Below the pieces are notes generated by a model. It did not search any database, was not told the DNA's origin, and was given only the letters and a program-made list of their open reading frames with translations. The translations under genes were made by a program, and so were the position numbers. From a virus: 64,000 nucleotides of DNA. The stretch's first letter is position 1. The number at the start of each line of letters is the position of its first letter. Below, in pieces: positions 10,201-22,200 of the stretch. The stretch is from positions 70,814 through 134,813 of the IMG/VR virus record IMGVR_UViG_3300025875_000001. The stretch is one strand, 5' to 3'.

Positions 10201-12547
10201 CAATTGGTGACAATTAAAACTGCACTGAGAGGTATTAACCCCATCGAACCATTTATAGTCAGACATAATTGGTGAATACAACATACCATTACGCTTTAGA
10301 TTAAATGCACGGTGACCATAAATCTCACCAACCGCCCAATCTGTGCCGCCCGAAAATGTACTTTGCATGGTGGTCCCTCCATATAATGCTTGTAGTTGAA
10401 GTAGTAATCTTCTTTGCTGCTCTAGAATAGCGTCAAAGTGTTTCATATCGTCTTCTAGTGTATCTTTAGGCATAAGTTTAAGGGCAGACTATTTAAGCCC
10501 GGTCTGCCAGCGGTGTCAGGTCACGCTTCTACAAGCTCTTGCTCGTTGACTGTGACGGTCTCTTCTTCTACTGCATTTGTACGAACTAGATCAGCTTCCT
10601 TGATAGCCTCGCCATCAAAAGGCACTAGTTCCACATTCTGAATAACTTCACCAATGTAACCCATTTTGTGTGTTCACCTCCTTGCCGCTTTATTTTCTAT
10701 AACGTTTGTAATTATAGCCATGACTTCAAAAACTACCAAGCCAATTGTAACTATAGCCGAACCAATAAATGCTGCATTTAATATGGCCACAACCATAATC
10801 ACCGGCCAAAATATAAGCCAAAAGTCCAAGTTAGCTAATGTTGAAGATACGGTTTGTCGCAATTGTAGCCTTTCCCACATCAAAATATGCAGCGGTAAGT
10901 GTAGCCTTTACTGCCGACTTGCTAGGCATTGCAGCCTCAACATCGCGGGCGGTTCGATAGACAAAATTAGTTTGAAATTCATTAGGCTTATCTACACCTA
11001 GAACTTCTAGAATGATGTCATCAATCATAGCTCAATTACCGCCGTAATCTTTCGGGGGTCAATAAACGGAGCACCTACTGGATCAACAAACCTAACGTAT
11101 ATTGAATAAGGGTCAATATAATATTTAACCTCTACGCCAGCAGCCTCTACTCTAGCTACCGTACCATTAAGATGTACCTCATACATTGGCATTTAATCGC
11201 TCCCTTATTGGTTGGCTAGTTGTATGCCATCCTTTACAGATTCCACAATAATATGCCCGGCACTCTGTCTTAGGGCGCTTAACATTATCTTTACGTTGAA
11301 CGGTAGCAATAAATAGCTCTGCACCGATCTTATCTCTCCACCGGCGCTTGCTGCACTTGCCCATGATGACCTCCAATCGCTATGTCACTAGCTTAGTGTA
11401 CTTACAAGATCAAGTCAAGGGCTGCCATAAGCTGGTCTGCACATGCTGAGGCACCGTCTTCTCTGCCATTTCTATATGCACTGTCTTCGGGATATAGACC
11501 TATTCCTACATTTATATTATACCAATCATTGGCTAGCCCTAGTAACATTTTTCTTAGCTCCGTGTCAGCGGACGGCCGGGCGGCGAGAGCGTCAAACTCC
11601 TCTGCAGTTGGCTCGGCCCCTGCCTGTCGCAGACAGATGCAGGCACAGAGACGGCACCCGCCGTAGCGGCTCAGCTCGTGATTGCGAGCCGGGTGTCCAC
11701 AGTCGCACCGATCGAGTCGGGTCCTCCGCTCGTCGGCCTGCTGCGCTTCGGCCGGGGGCTCGGACGGCGCGGCGGGGCGGCGACAGCCCTCGGCGTAGTA
11801 GCACTGGCTCGGCTCGCCGCAGCACAGCACCTCCTCGTCTCCGGGCGGCGGGGAAGTTGAATTATTATCCATCTAATTCACCACGTCAACAGGTGAGTCA
11901 GTAAGCCACCATTGTCCATGCTCATCGTCAAACACCATCGAATCAGCATACTGTACCCTGGTCGCACCTTCGTGGCCGTGAATACTAATTAGTCGCTCAA
12001 CACTAGCATAAATTGCCGTGCTGGTCTTATCACTTAGCCAGCGCATCACGCAACTGCCGTCAGAAAATTCAACACCTTCTGCAACAACGCCGGTGCCAGA
12101 TACACCGCTTTTGTCTTCTGATCTTACCAGATTAAATAGTCTTACTGTTCTCATTTTTCTCCTTGTGCTTATAAACAACTCTAGTCCCACGATTATAAAT
12201 CATTTGCGCTACGCTCCATACAATAATAATCCAGCACAATGTGGCAGCAAGGGGATCAAGCGGAACGTATAGCAGTAGAGCAATGACAAAGCCAAGTATA
12301 AAGGCGTCGAACCCACCAAATGGAGTCAGCAAGTTCCTTGCAAATGTTTTTATCTTACTCATAATCTATCCTCATCAATTGTCAATCCATTACCGCCTTG
12401 AATACAAATCCTATCTTCATACTCACCATATACTGTTCCGCCCATATAATTGCACACTACTTCATAATCACTTGGTCCCGCATCTTTACCATCTTGATAT
12501 CCAAGAGCATAGTTTCCAATAAGAATGGCAAAAAATAATACAACCAC
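7282..12547 (-). CDS. Dense cluster of ~18 small hypothetical and membrane-protein genes
   Basis: Tightly packed, overlapping start/stop codons (e.g. 8204-8821, 9015-9680, 9634-10473, 11873-12190); no recognisable catalytic motifs. Confidence 0.6.
11402..11872 (-). CDS. Chimeric hypothetical protein with in-frame GC-rich Cys-rich insert
   Basis: AT-rich N- and C-terminal coding parts flank a ~290-bp very GC-rich segment. Confidence 0.55.
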   Translation of the reverse strand: MDNNSTSPPPGDEEVLCCGEPSQCYYAEGCRRPAAPSEPPAEAQQADERRTRLDRCDCGHPARNHELSRYGGCRLCACICLRQAGAEPTAEEFDALAARPSADTELRKMLLGLANDWYNINVGIGLYPEDSAYRNGREDGASACADQLMAALDLIL

Positions 12548-12622
12548 AACAATCCTATAGATTAACTCTTGGTTCTCTGAATTAATATCACGCCAACGCT
12601 TCGTAGTTACTCCTAGTAGTCA

Positions 12623-12652
12623 GGCCGGGAGCAATTAAGTTTGCTCCCGGCC
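12623..12652. terminator. Stem-loop GGCCGGGAGC...GCTCCCGGCC; near-copy at 34039-34064
   Basis: Perfect 10-bp inverted repeat between genes; second copy ggccgggaacaattaagctcccggcc. Confidence 0.6.
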
Positions 12653-12659
12653 CTTATGA

Positions 12660-13478
12660 TCAGTTAAATACTCGGGTAATAGATAGCACTTTTGCTCCAC
12701 CTGTTGTTTCTAAAACCTTTTGCAATACCTCATCAGTGTTAAGTTCTACGTCAGACTCTACAAACACTTGACTATCAAACTCGACAACATAACGGAATTC
12801 AGAAAGATCCTCTTCGTCATATTCGATATTACCAAAATCTAGAGTTCGATCTGAATCAATAGAATCTGCTCCAATGTAAGTAACATTGTTTTCGAAGTAT
12901 TCTTCTGCTGCTTCTGCTACTTCATCATCAATAAGCAAATCGTTATCGCCTTCGGTATATTCTACTGGTGCCTGAGCTACAAGATCAGTGTCATTGTAGA
13001 GGCCGATTTCTTCTAGCTCAGGCACAGGCGCAAGATTTACGTGATTGTGATCACCATGGCCTTCCTTTTGATAAAAACTGCTAGGACGCATATCAGTGCC
13101 ATTCCAATTCCATGCATCTGCTGTTCCAGACCATACACGCGGACCAAGGTCAACATCACTATTAGTCTTAACCGATGCATCTTCAACTACAAAATCACCG
13201 GCGCTATCTTCTACATGTTCGCCATCGCGTAGAACGAATTCAATATCAGTAGCGTCTACGCCATCAAACATGCCTAGAATGCTAGTGTTATAATAACGGC
13301 CAGCAGAAGGTGCGCCTACAAAAGTCTGATAAATGGTCGGCGGAACATTAGCATAACCCGCTCGGCTGCCATTGTGGAACTCAACATATAGCGTCCATTC
13401 AATTTCATCATACCAAGCGGTTTTTAGTGCTGAACTAGCAAGGTAAGTACGATCTGTATAAAATACCTGTCGTGCCAT
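12660..13478 (-). CDS. KTSC-domain protein with long acidic C-terminus
   Basis: SSALKTAWYD...LYVEFHNG...YANVPPTIYQTFVGAPSAGRYYN is a KTSC signature. Confidence 0.75.
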   Translation of the reverse strand: MARQVFYTDRTYLASSALKTAWYDEIEWTLYVEFHNGSRAGYANVPPTIYQTFVGAPSAGRYYNTSILGMFDGVDATDIEFVLRDGEHVEDSAGDFVVEDASVKTNSDVDLGPRVWSGTADAWNWNGTDMRPSSFYQKEGHGDHNHVNLAPVPELEEIGLYNDTDLVAQAPVEYTEGDNDLLIDDEVAEAAEEYFENNVTYIGADSIDSDRTLDFGNIEYDEEDLSEFRYVVEFDSQVFVESDVELNTDEVLQKVLETTGGAKVLSITRVFN

Positions 13479-13533
13479 TTTATCTCCTAAGTGTGTGTTG
13501 GTAGTGCCAGCTTACAGTACGTGCTAATTTAGG

Positions 13534-16067
13534 TCAAGAGTCTCTGTATCCTGAATAACCCCAAATTTCAGGATCGCGTAGTCCATCAATAATTGAATCT
13601 ACATATTGACGCTTTAGCTTTAGCATAGTCTCAAAAGGCAGACCGTCAAATGTCTTGGCCTGATGGTTCTCCCACCAATCCCCGGCCATATCTTCAATAA
13701 GACTGATCTGGGTATGTGTAAATGCATTAAGCATCGGTTCGTACCTTTCGGTTAGTATCGGCAACATAAAGCCAGGCGTCAATATACATTTGCTTTGCAG
13801 TACACGAGTCAGTACCACACCATACTACACCACTATCAGGCTCCCGGCGATCTGGACCTGTGCCCATAACAAGAGTGCCACAACCGCTACAAATACAAAC
13901 GTTCATTTTAGCCTCCGTTAGAGTGATCCTACGTGGACATACACATCGTAGTGCACGCCGTCTTTCTTGACAAGTAGTCTTCCCATGACATTTTCAGACA
14001 AGTGTGGCTCAGGCTCCAATTCTTTTTTAAGCCTATCTAGAGCATCTGCTATGTCAGCCTCAGATGGTACTTTGTATCTACCATCTATTTTCCAAACATA
14101 TCCTAAATTATCAAATATTTTCTTTACGTAACTAGTTTCTAACATTTACTTAAAATCTTTTCCGTAAGGGTCTTGCATGGGATCTATTTTACCACCAGAC
14201 TGTACGCCTCTAGCTGCTTCTACAAATCCTTGTGGTATACCCTTTTGGTCGGGCGCTCTCACTACCGGCTTTTTCGGTAACTCCCACCCGGCAGACTCTA
14301 CCTCATAGTCAGTCAGCAATGCTAGGACTGCTTGTAGATCCTTCTTATTTTCTGTATTGATTACAATGTGTAACTGCATATTAGACCACCTTAATTATAT
14401 ATTTTGCGCTGTATACAACCCTCACATGGCACCCACGCCATAATAAATGCGGGTTGACCAATGGTTACAGCATCAACGCTTTGTTCTTCAACCTGCTCAT
14501 TCATAAAATTTTCAATTTCAGCAACGCTACCAATAATCTTATCTTGAAAGAGCTTTTGAGTAATATCTAGAAAGAAATCAATACCTTCTTGCGGTTGATC
14601 AAAACTATGCTCTCTAAACACCGTGCCTGATGCACTACATGCTACTACATGATAATGCATCAGGCTTCACCTATTTCATGAATTATACTTTGAGCCTCTT
14701 CTGTTTGATCTTTCAGCTTTTGTAAAGCTTGATCTAAATCATTTTTGATGGCCGAGAAATCATCTCGTAGCTTATAATAATTTTCTCTCAATCTTTCCTT
14801 CTCTTTTTCGGCTTCATTAAGTTGCTCTCGTAAATATTTTACTTCATTATGTAATTCTGCACGAAGATCAAACGCAGCCTTATTGGATTCAGACTTACGA
14901 GTGAACATACCCTTAACAGTTTCAAGAACTACACCTCCCATAAGGGCTGATATAAGCGCTAGTATTGAAGGGTCCAAAGCCATTTACTCAATCACTAGCC
15001 TTGCTGCACCTAAGACTATACCCATTGCCAAAATAAATATCCATGTTAATGGCAAGAATCCAATAGTAAATAGTCTTAGCATTGCAGCAAAAATATAAAG
15101 TAGACAAAGAGCAAAAGCGCCTCTTTTGACCCAACTATCTTTATTCTTCCACATACCTATAAACGTAGCAGAAGGAATTCCTATGTATAACCACGATAAT
15201 ACCAACTGTTCAATACCACCTGTGAAACCAGAAGCTACTGGCGAGATGCTTGCTGGCATGCTAATAAATACAGGCATAATAAGGTAGATGCCAAAAACTA
15301 ATGCACAGACACCAAATAAACCTATAATCATATAGGCAAATGTTTTTAAATCTAACTTCTCTAATTTCATACTACTATTGTAGCAGCAATATTATAAAAT
15401 GCAGGCTAAAGGGCTTCTTCTAATTCAATCTTTCTACCAACATATCTATACTCTACAACATATGGTCTCACTTTCTCTAGACCACCCGGCTGCTGTGCAG
15501 TTAATACGATTATATATCGTGGTTCACGCTTAAAAGCTAGGCATTCATTACACATATTTATTGTCATAGATATTTGTAACTTTGATTTAATCCTCTTTAA
15601 TTCTTTTTTGGGTTTAGAGCATGAAGAACACTCTATTACTTGTGGCACTCAGTTATCCCCCTCCGTTTCATCATCAATATCAACAAGTATAACATAATCG
15701 TCAATGTCAAAATACTCAGTTACTGTATGATATCCTACCGGCTCAATATATTGGATTTTAGCGCCATGAGCCATTTGCTGCATGACGGCCCCCTCACAAT
15801 TAAGGCTAGGAATCCAGGCGATAGCAAACATTATACTCGCTCCAATACAATAGGTACGATTTCATTGATAGCACCAAGTGTTTCACTCAACCATTGAGTA
15901 ATAATGCCTTGTTGCGCGGGGTTAAAAGTATCCCAATTATCTGCATAAATCCTCATAATAAGATGAGTGCCTCGGTCTAATATATCTACAATAAAGTTTT
16001 CATAAGGTAGAGGGTGCATACTCATCACTGTTATGACAGACCAATCTAATGCGTTACTCATCGTCAC
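13534..16067 (-). CDS. Cluster of small hypothetical genes, including a 4-TM membrane protein (14984-15370) and a TM plus coiled-coil protein (14660-14983)
   Basis: Co-oriented packed ORFs; hydrophobic segments visible in the translations. Confidence 0.55.
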
Positions 16068-16389
16068 CCGCTGTTATTTTATTATAAAGTGCTCGCTTTA
16101 CTTCTTCTGTTTTGTGAGCGTTTTTATTCTTGTCGATCTTACCACGGTCTAGATAAAATCCACCCCATACACCAGTTTCTTTATTTTCGACTCCAAAATT
16201 AAAGCACTGTTTGGTGACTGGACAATGCAAACACATCTCATCTGTTGACCTAGCTATATGAAGTTTGGTCTCATACCCTTGGAAGAAAGGATCACTCTCA
16301 GCATTGGGTATATTGGTACCGTTACATAGAGCTAGCTTTTGCCATTCTATGTTCTCTTCATCTAATTGCCATTCATCAGTTATGCTCAA
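16054..16389 (-). CDS. whiB: WhiB-family Fe-S transcription factor
   Basis: WQKLALC...PFF...MCLHCPVTKQC...ETGVWGG motif. Confidence 0.9.
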   Translation of the reverse strand: MSITDEWQLDEENIEWQKLALCNGTNIPNAESDPFFQGYETKLHIARSTDEMCLHCPVTKQCFNFGVENKETGVWGGFYLDRGKIDKNKNAHKTEEVKRALYNKITAGDDE

Positions 16390-17347
16390 CGAATATTCCA
16401 GAGCCCCTTTTCATCCGGCGAGATTCGTGTGCTCATGCCCCACTTGCCATCCCTAAACATACCCTGCGGCTTACTGTATCCCACCTGAGTTGGCCGGAAG
16501 AGCATTAAATCCCATCCGTCCCAATAAGCAAAATGCTTGTTACGCTCTACATATGCATGAACTTGTTTGTAATTAAGAACCTTCATCTTTTGTTCCTTTC
16601 CAGCTTCCCGACCTCTACCGGCGGGACATGTTGGTGATCTTCACATACTACATAGCCAAATCTTGGCTCTAGTTGATTGTTATTACGCCTGCCACATACC
16701 GAACATGGCCGGGATGTTGGATATCCATTCATCTAGTGACTCCTAATGCAATATCCCACTGCCAGTCTTGCATATCAATAACGTCATCAAGATCTTCAAT
16801 ATTCCAATATGCCTGAACATACAGTATATCCTGCTCAAATTCTAAAGTCTGGCACCTACTTTCTACACAATATTCACACTTACGAAATCCCTTGTACCCG
16901 GCGCGATAGACAATTACTGCGACCCGGCCCTTACCAAAAGGAGCGACTACAGTGTGGTAACCGTACTCATCAGAGCCGGTGAAATTAATTCTGAACCATT
17001 CGCGTAAACTCTTACATTCTGCGCGGGGAGTAGGTTCCCAATCGTTATAAAACCAAAACCGCTTATTATTAAGTGGAGTAATCATAACTCTCCGTAACTG
17101 TAGTAGTAGTTATATTGAGCCGCAGGAGGCACATCGAAGCCTCATTTCTACTGTACCAAAGTAGCGTAATAACCTCTATACTACTGCGACATTTATATTA
17201 TCTAAACCAAACTTGACCGCAACGTTTGCACCAAAACATCTTACGTGCGCCCAAATCAATCAAAGCGCTTTTAATCCAACTATCCTTGGTGCTTAGGTCG
17301 TGATGCATACAATCATACTGTTTCTTACGCATGATCTTCATCTGTCT

Positions 17348-17377
17348 ATCTTAGCAGAGCGGGGGATAGCTTGTCAA
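17348..17377 (-). promoter_or_regulatory. SigA/sigma70-type promoter TTGACA-N18-TAAGAT (representative copy)
   Basis: Same motif at 22336-22365, 30939-30968, 35702-35731, 37832-37860, 41523-41551, 49040-49069 and 53385-53414; variants at 26214, 29694, 43398 and 47661. Confidence 0.8.
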
Positions 17378-18557
17378 TAGACTCACTACCCCCCGCCTTA
17401 AACTTAACTTAGTCTGCTGTTGGACTACCTTCTAGATTATCTGCATCATCATAAACCTGACCGTTGACTGCTGATACCAAAGTTTCTGGATCTGCGTACT
17501 CACGGCTGTTACGACCGTCAGGATCGTACTGTAGATCACCATTAGCGTCTAGGTAATGGTCACCACGTCTATGCTCCCAATCACGGTCTCTACGTGAACC
17601 AACTTCTTCTGATGCTACATAGTGCAATTGCTCATCGTCATATGGATCCCAATAAAGGTTACCATTGGCGTCTGTCTTTAATTCTGCCCTTGACCAGTCA
17701 CCTCTTTGTGCTTGTACGTCTCTTGCAAAACGCTCTGCTGGTGATTCTGGGGCCGGTACATTTAGCTCCCAAGCTGCGATTTTAACTCACCTCCATTGTG
17801 GTTATCTACTATAGCGTAGCATAATACAATTTATGGCGCAAAATCAAGTATTTGTGCCCTTAATTGTTACGACATAGCCTGTTTCATCAAAAGACTCTGC
17901 GTAAGCAAAAGCTCTATTTTTATCGCTAAATAGGCTATTACTCATCAATGGGTTGCCATTGCCAATCAAGATAACACCATAAAGCGGTGTGTCAATTTCT
18001 ACTTCATATGGGCCAAGATGGCTACGCTGCTCTATTGCGGTCAATCTACATCAGCCAAATCAATTTCAACCCGCTCAAACGGCTCACTAAAGTCAAAGTA
18101 GTCTGCGATTAGATTGCGTAGCTCGTCCTCTTGCTGATCTGTTAATGCCTCTGCTGCTGTCACACTAATTTCGTAGTAGTACTTCAATTTACTACCCCGC
18201 CACAGGTGCGAACGCTTGCGATCCAACTACCGCCATCTTCGGGGAACCAACTAAATACTACCTCTTCAATATAACCATCTTCTTCTAGACTATCGCCTAG
18301 TTCCTTAACACCATCTAGTGCCTCATTAAGAGTCTTACCAATAACCTGCCAGTGCTCATAAAAACCTTCGGCTAGCTCATAAACTACAGCGCTCATTTCA
18401 GTCCTGCCTTCTCATAGATTTCTTCAACGATACAATCTGGGCAGAGTACAGAGCCTGTTTTAGATGACCGGCCATTATGCTGTGCATTGCGACCACTGAG
18501 AACCTTATTCTCCCCGCATCGTCCACAGGCTCTGTACTTCTGCTGCATTGTTACTCC

Positions 18558-19481
18558 TTAGTATGTGAACCCATCATTAGGGAACGTGTAGTAGTCTGGG
18601 ACATCATCATACTCGTCGTCGTCATCGTCGTCAACATACTCTTCGTTGTAGATTTCCTCAGGCTCGGCATCTTCTGCCTCACCCCAACCCGGCGACTCTG
18701 GGGCGGTGTCTACATAGTAACCGCTGTAGGGCTGCTCAACAACCTCTAGAACGGTATAGCGGCAAACACGTAGCTTCTGTGCGTCACAATCGACAGGCAC
18801 GCTCACAACGTCTCTAGGGTTGATCTTGACAGTCAGTGTAGCACCCTGTGCAAAATCATTTGCATATTCCCACGTACCAGCATGTAAACCATATGAACAA
18901 CCTTGCTGCGGATCAAACGCTACTTCACTACGTGGCATAGTTACTACTGCACCTTCATAATTAGGAATACCACCAGTAAATACTTCACCATCTACAATAG
19001 CAGTACCATGACTAATAGACTCAAATTTATCATCCGATAGCTTACGAACACCCTTGTAAGCAACAAAGCAACCGTCTTCTGTAATCGCAAAATCACGATC
19101 ATTTAGCCAGCTAAATAGCTGCTCTTGGCTGAACTTACTTGGGTTGTTGGCAACATTCTCAAAGAATAGAACCAATGACTTGAACTTGTCATCATCTTCG
19201 TTAAGGAAGTTGAGGATTTGAGTAGCTAGTGAGTTATTGACTTCTTCATTGTCAAAGTACACCCGGCCATTTGCTACGCTAACACGCTCAGATAGAGACT
19301 CAAACTTCTGCGCTACCTTTGCTTCTAGGTCGAATAGCTCTACTACCGACTCATCATCGGCCAGAGCACCGGCTAGGATTCTTTCAAAATTTGGATGATC
19401 TTGACCGGCCTGTAGCATCTCACCATCGTGAAAAACTGTAAGGCTTGCCTTGCCATCGTTTGCAACTAAGCTATACTTAAT
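18558..19481 (-). CDS. rIIB: RIIB-like protein (probable AUU start at 19481; track start 19418)
   Basis: HPNFERI, NPSKFSQEQLFSWL, ITEDGCFVAYKGV, CSYGLHAGT, VKINPRDVVSVPVD..KLRVCRYTV motifs; adjacent to rIIA. Confidence 0.85.
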   Translation of the reverse strand: MKYSLVANDGKASLTVFHDGEMLQAGQDHPNFERILAGALADDESVVELFDLEAKVAQKFESLSERVSVANGRVYFDNEEVNNSLATQILNFLNEDDDKFKSLVLFFENVANNPSKFSQEQLFSWLNDRDFAITEDGCFVAYKGVRKLSDDKFESISHGTAIVDGEVFTGGIPNYEGAVVTMPRSEVAFDPQQGCSYGLHAGTWEYANDFAQGATLTVKINPRDVVSVPVDCDAQKLRVCRYTVLEVVEQPYSGYYVDTAPESPGWGEAEDAEPEEIYNEEYVDDDDDDEYDDVPDYYTFPNDGFTY

Positions 19482-19487
19482 TTTAGG

Positions 19488-21515
19488 TCACTTCCTCTTC
19501 TTGTATATTTCATTTAGGTAGAAAACTACGTCTTCCATGTATTCTTTATTGTTCTTTGCTCTCCACTCATCAAGGCTAGTGAACAGACGATACTTTTTCA
19601 AACAATCTAGATTAAAAACACCACGGCTTTCCTTAATGGAAGACAGTTCCAACTCATTAAGGTCTCTGATTGTTTGATTAAACTTACGCTTGGAATCTTT
19701 CGGCTCCAACGATAGCTCAATGATCTTTTTAAGCTCCGGATCATCTATCTTATCTTTGGGCAACCAATCAATACTAATACCCGCCTGATAGGCAGCAGTA
19801 TGATATTTATCGACATCGCTTACTTCGCTGTCGTATTTAGCTTGCAAAACCGGTACAATATCGCGTATATGCTTTGCTGTAGGGTGTGACTTGTCAAAGT
19901 CTTCCTTCCTACGAGCATACACCTTGACTGCCACTGCGTCAATCTGCTCAACAAGCCTAAACAAAGCATGCTCATTAAGCTTAGGATAGTCTCTTGGCTC
20001 AAAGTAATAAACTTGCTTACCCGCCGGAACTTCCTTAATTTCAAAGCCAATGCTGTCGGCTGTTGTTCCATTCGCGTATGTGTAGGTTGTCGCTCTAAGT
20101 ACATGGAATTCTTTATCCGTCTTAAACGCTGGTGCTGCCGCCTTAGGTTCTCTAGTTGCAGCCAATATATCTTTCCACGTCATGCTTTTAATATCTGCCA
20201 ACCAAGGATCTTCTGCAACCTTATTGTCAACAGTAATTATGAATCTGTATGACCCCTTTTTAGCCTTATAGGCATTGATTCTAGACCTGGCATATGATGT
20301 TACTTCCTTCATAGTGAAGTCTGTAACAATAACATACTCTGCCGGACTACCATAATAGTTATTGCTGCCCGGCGGCTTTAGGTTGTACCAGTCATATATA
20401 TTCATTGTCCGTGGCTTAAACTCAAAGTCATACTCCGAAGAATTTACATATTCATATGGACCTATCTTTGTTGGCAGGCTATTTCCTTTGTACTGCCAGT
20501 TTGCTGGAATATCAGAGTGCCCTAGCCTTGTAGCCCATTTTGATGCAGCCTCCAAGGCTTCCTTAATTGTATTAGCAGCTAGTAGATCATTGCTAACCTT
20601 GTTTGCCATTTCAGCATCATAGCGTGCATAGCAATCTTCTATTGTAGCCTTGGTCTGCTTTGTGTAATGAAGCTGCTCACGCGATGGAGTAAAGTTAACA
20701 GACCCAATAGGCACATCAAATATTAAATGGAACTGTGTGCGAAAGCCAGGAGTGTATTCTGATTCGATAGGGTATGCAATGCCACCCATAACAATAATAT
20801 CTGGTAAGTCTTCATAAGTAGCAGTGCCATAATAGCTTGTGTTTTTGACTTTATTGTCAACAATACGAATACCCGGCGCTAAGAAGTCAGACTTAACCTG
20901 CTCTGGGGCCTTACCATTGATAAGTACGCTACCCTCGGGCCAGTACTTGAAGAAATTATTTACCTTGTCTTCAAACCCATAAAGATTGTGTCCTAGTGGG
21001 ATTGAGATTAGTACACCGTTACTCTCTGTAGTTGCAACGGTGTCAATAATTTCCATTGTGGCCCCGCCGGTTTCGGTGCGGGTAACAGATACATAAGCCT
21101 TAATGCCGTCTTTGATAGCAGTGACCATGAATTGATCTGAAATGGTAAGGCCCGACTTAGACCCTAGACCTAGCATACCCGCTTGGGTATTGCTGTTGCG
21201 CTTTGTAGACGCACCATAGGCGCTGTAGATGGTCCTAATGTCATCAATGCTTAGACCTAGACCAAAATCCTGCACCTTAAAATGCGGGCTAAGTCTGGTA
21301 GGAGTTGTAATTTCAATAGGTCTTGTGACCCCGGCCTCTACGTGAGAATCGCGGGCGTTAACTGAATATTCTCTAATTACAGCAAGTTGTGGATCTGAGT
21401 AAAGATCCGACAAAATCTTCATAAGGAAATCTATGCTATTTTCGTCAATACGCATGGCAAGCTTCTCGCCGCCAAGATCACCTTTTGTTACGATATCTAA
21501 TACTGGTGCTTGAAT
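19488..21515 (-). CDS. rIIA: RIIA-like protein with N-terminal GHKL ATPase domain (probable AUU start at 21515; track start 21455)
   Basis: LYSDPQLAVIREYSVNARDSH, VQDFGLGLS, YGASTKRNSN..GMLGLGSKS. Confidence 0.9.
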   Translation of the reverse strand: MQAPVLDIVTKGDLGGEKLAMRIDENSIDFLMKILSDLYSDPQLAVIREYSVNARDSHVEAGVTRPIEITTPTRLSPHFKVQDFGLGLSIDDIRTIYSAYGASTKRNSNTQAGMLGLGSKSGLTISDQFMVTAIKDGIKAYVSVTRTETGGATMEIIDTVATTESNGVLISIPLGHNLYGFEDKVNNFFKYWPEGSVLINGKAPEQVKSDFLAPGIRIVDNKVKNTSYYGTATYEDLPDIIVMGGIAYPIESEYTPGFRTQFHLIFDVPIGSVNFTPSREQLHYTKQTKATIEDCYARYDAEMANKVSNDLLAANTIKEALEAASKWATRLGHSDIPANWQYKGNSLPTKIGPYEYVNSSEYDFEFKPRTMNIYDWYNLKPPGSNNYYGSPAEYVIVTDFTMKEVTSYARSRINAYKAKKGSYRFIITVDNKVAEDPWLADIKSMTWKDILAATREPKAAAPAFKTDKEFHVLRATTYTYANGTTADSIGFEIKEVPAGKQVYYFEPRDYPKLNEHALFRLVEQIDAVAVKVYARRKEDFDKSHPTAKHIRDIVPVLQAKYDSEVSDVDKYHTAAYQAGISIDWLPKDKIDDPELKKIIELSLEPKDSKRKFNQTIRDLNELELSSIKESRGVFNLDCLKKYRLFTSLDEWRAKNNKEYMEDVVFYLNEIYKKRK

Positions 21516-21539
21516 GATTAGCTCCTTTGATAGTAGGGG

Positions 21540-21950
21540 TTAGTTGATGTATTTGTCGTGTTCGTCACGTAGCCTAGCTCTGCGCCTTTGCTGCTTGGCT
21601 GTATTTGCCTTGGTGCATAGCTCGCACCGACAACCGTTAAAGCACATGCTGATAGTACCGTGCTGTCTGATTTCGCGGCCTAAATAGGCTACTAACTCAA
21701 CACGCTCTGTCTTTATCTGATGATGATAACGACACAATACCTGACACTTAGCTACTTCTTCCTCTATACGCTCCCATGACCAAGACCATATATTGTGAGA
21801 AATCTTTTGGGAAGCATCTATGTGATCAAGTTCCAGCTTATCAGTTGAGCCGCATACTATGCAAGACTTATCGGAAAACCATTCTGCACGTCTATTAGCA
21901 ACCCATTTTCTTTGATACTCGCGTTGAGCATCCCTATCTTTATAGGGCAT
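21540..21950 (-). CDS. HNH endonuclease
   Basis: CIVCGSTDKLELDHID...KCQVLCRYHH; C-terminal HGT..CRC..C shared with 37370-37825. Confidence 0.85.
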   Translation of the reverse strand: MPYKDRDAQREYQRKWVANRRAEWFSDKSCIVCGSTDKLELDHIDASQKISHNIWSWSWERIEEEVAKCQVLCRYHHQIKTERVELVAYLGREIRQHGTISMCFNGCRCELCTKANTAKQQRRRARLRDEHDKYIN

Positions 21951-21970
21951 ATTAGTAACTTTCTATGAGG

Positions 21971-22055
21971 TGCCAGCGACGAGATTCGAACTCGCATGCG
22001 TCCCCTCTCGGGCGGGGTTTTTAAGACCCCCGGCTCACCTCTGGCCTACGCTGGC
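21971..22055 (-). tRNA. tRNA-Leu(TAA)
   Basis: Anticodon arm GGGGT-CTTAAAA-ACCCC, long variable arm. Confidence 0.92.
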
Positions 22056-22097
22056 ATTCACTAGCTACACATCCGCAATATGCGGTGTTGCTAGCAG

Positions 22098-22183
22098 TGC
22101 GTATAACAGGAGTCGAACCTGCAATGGACTAATCCTCGACCCAGATCCTAATTCTGGCGGCTCACCAAATGGCCTATATACGC
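22098..22183 (-). tRNA. tRNA-Leu(TAG)
   Basis: CCAGA-ATTAGGA-TCTGG, acceptor GCGTATA/TATACGC. Confidence 0.92.
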
Positions 22184-22200
22184 ATTGTATTGCTATGGCG

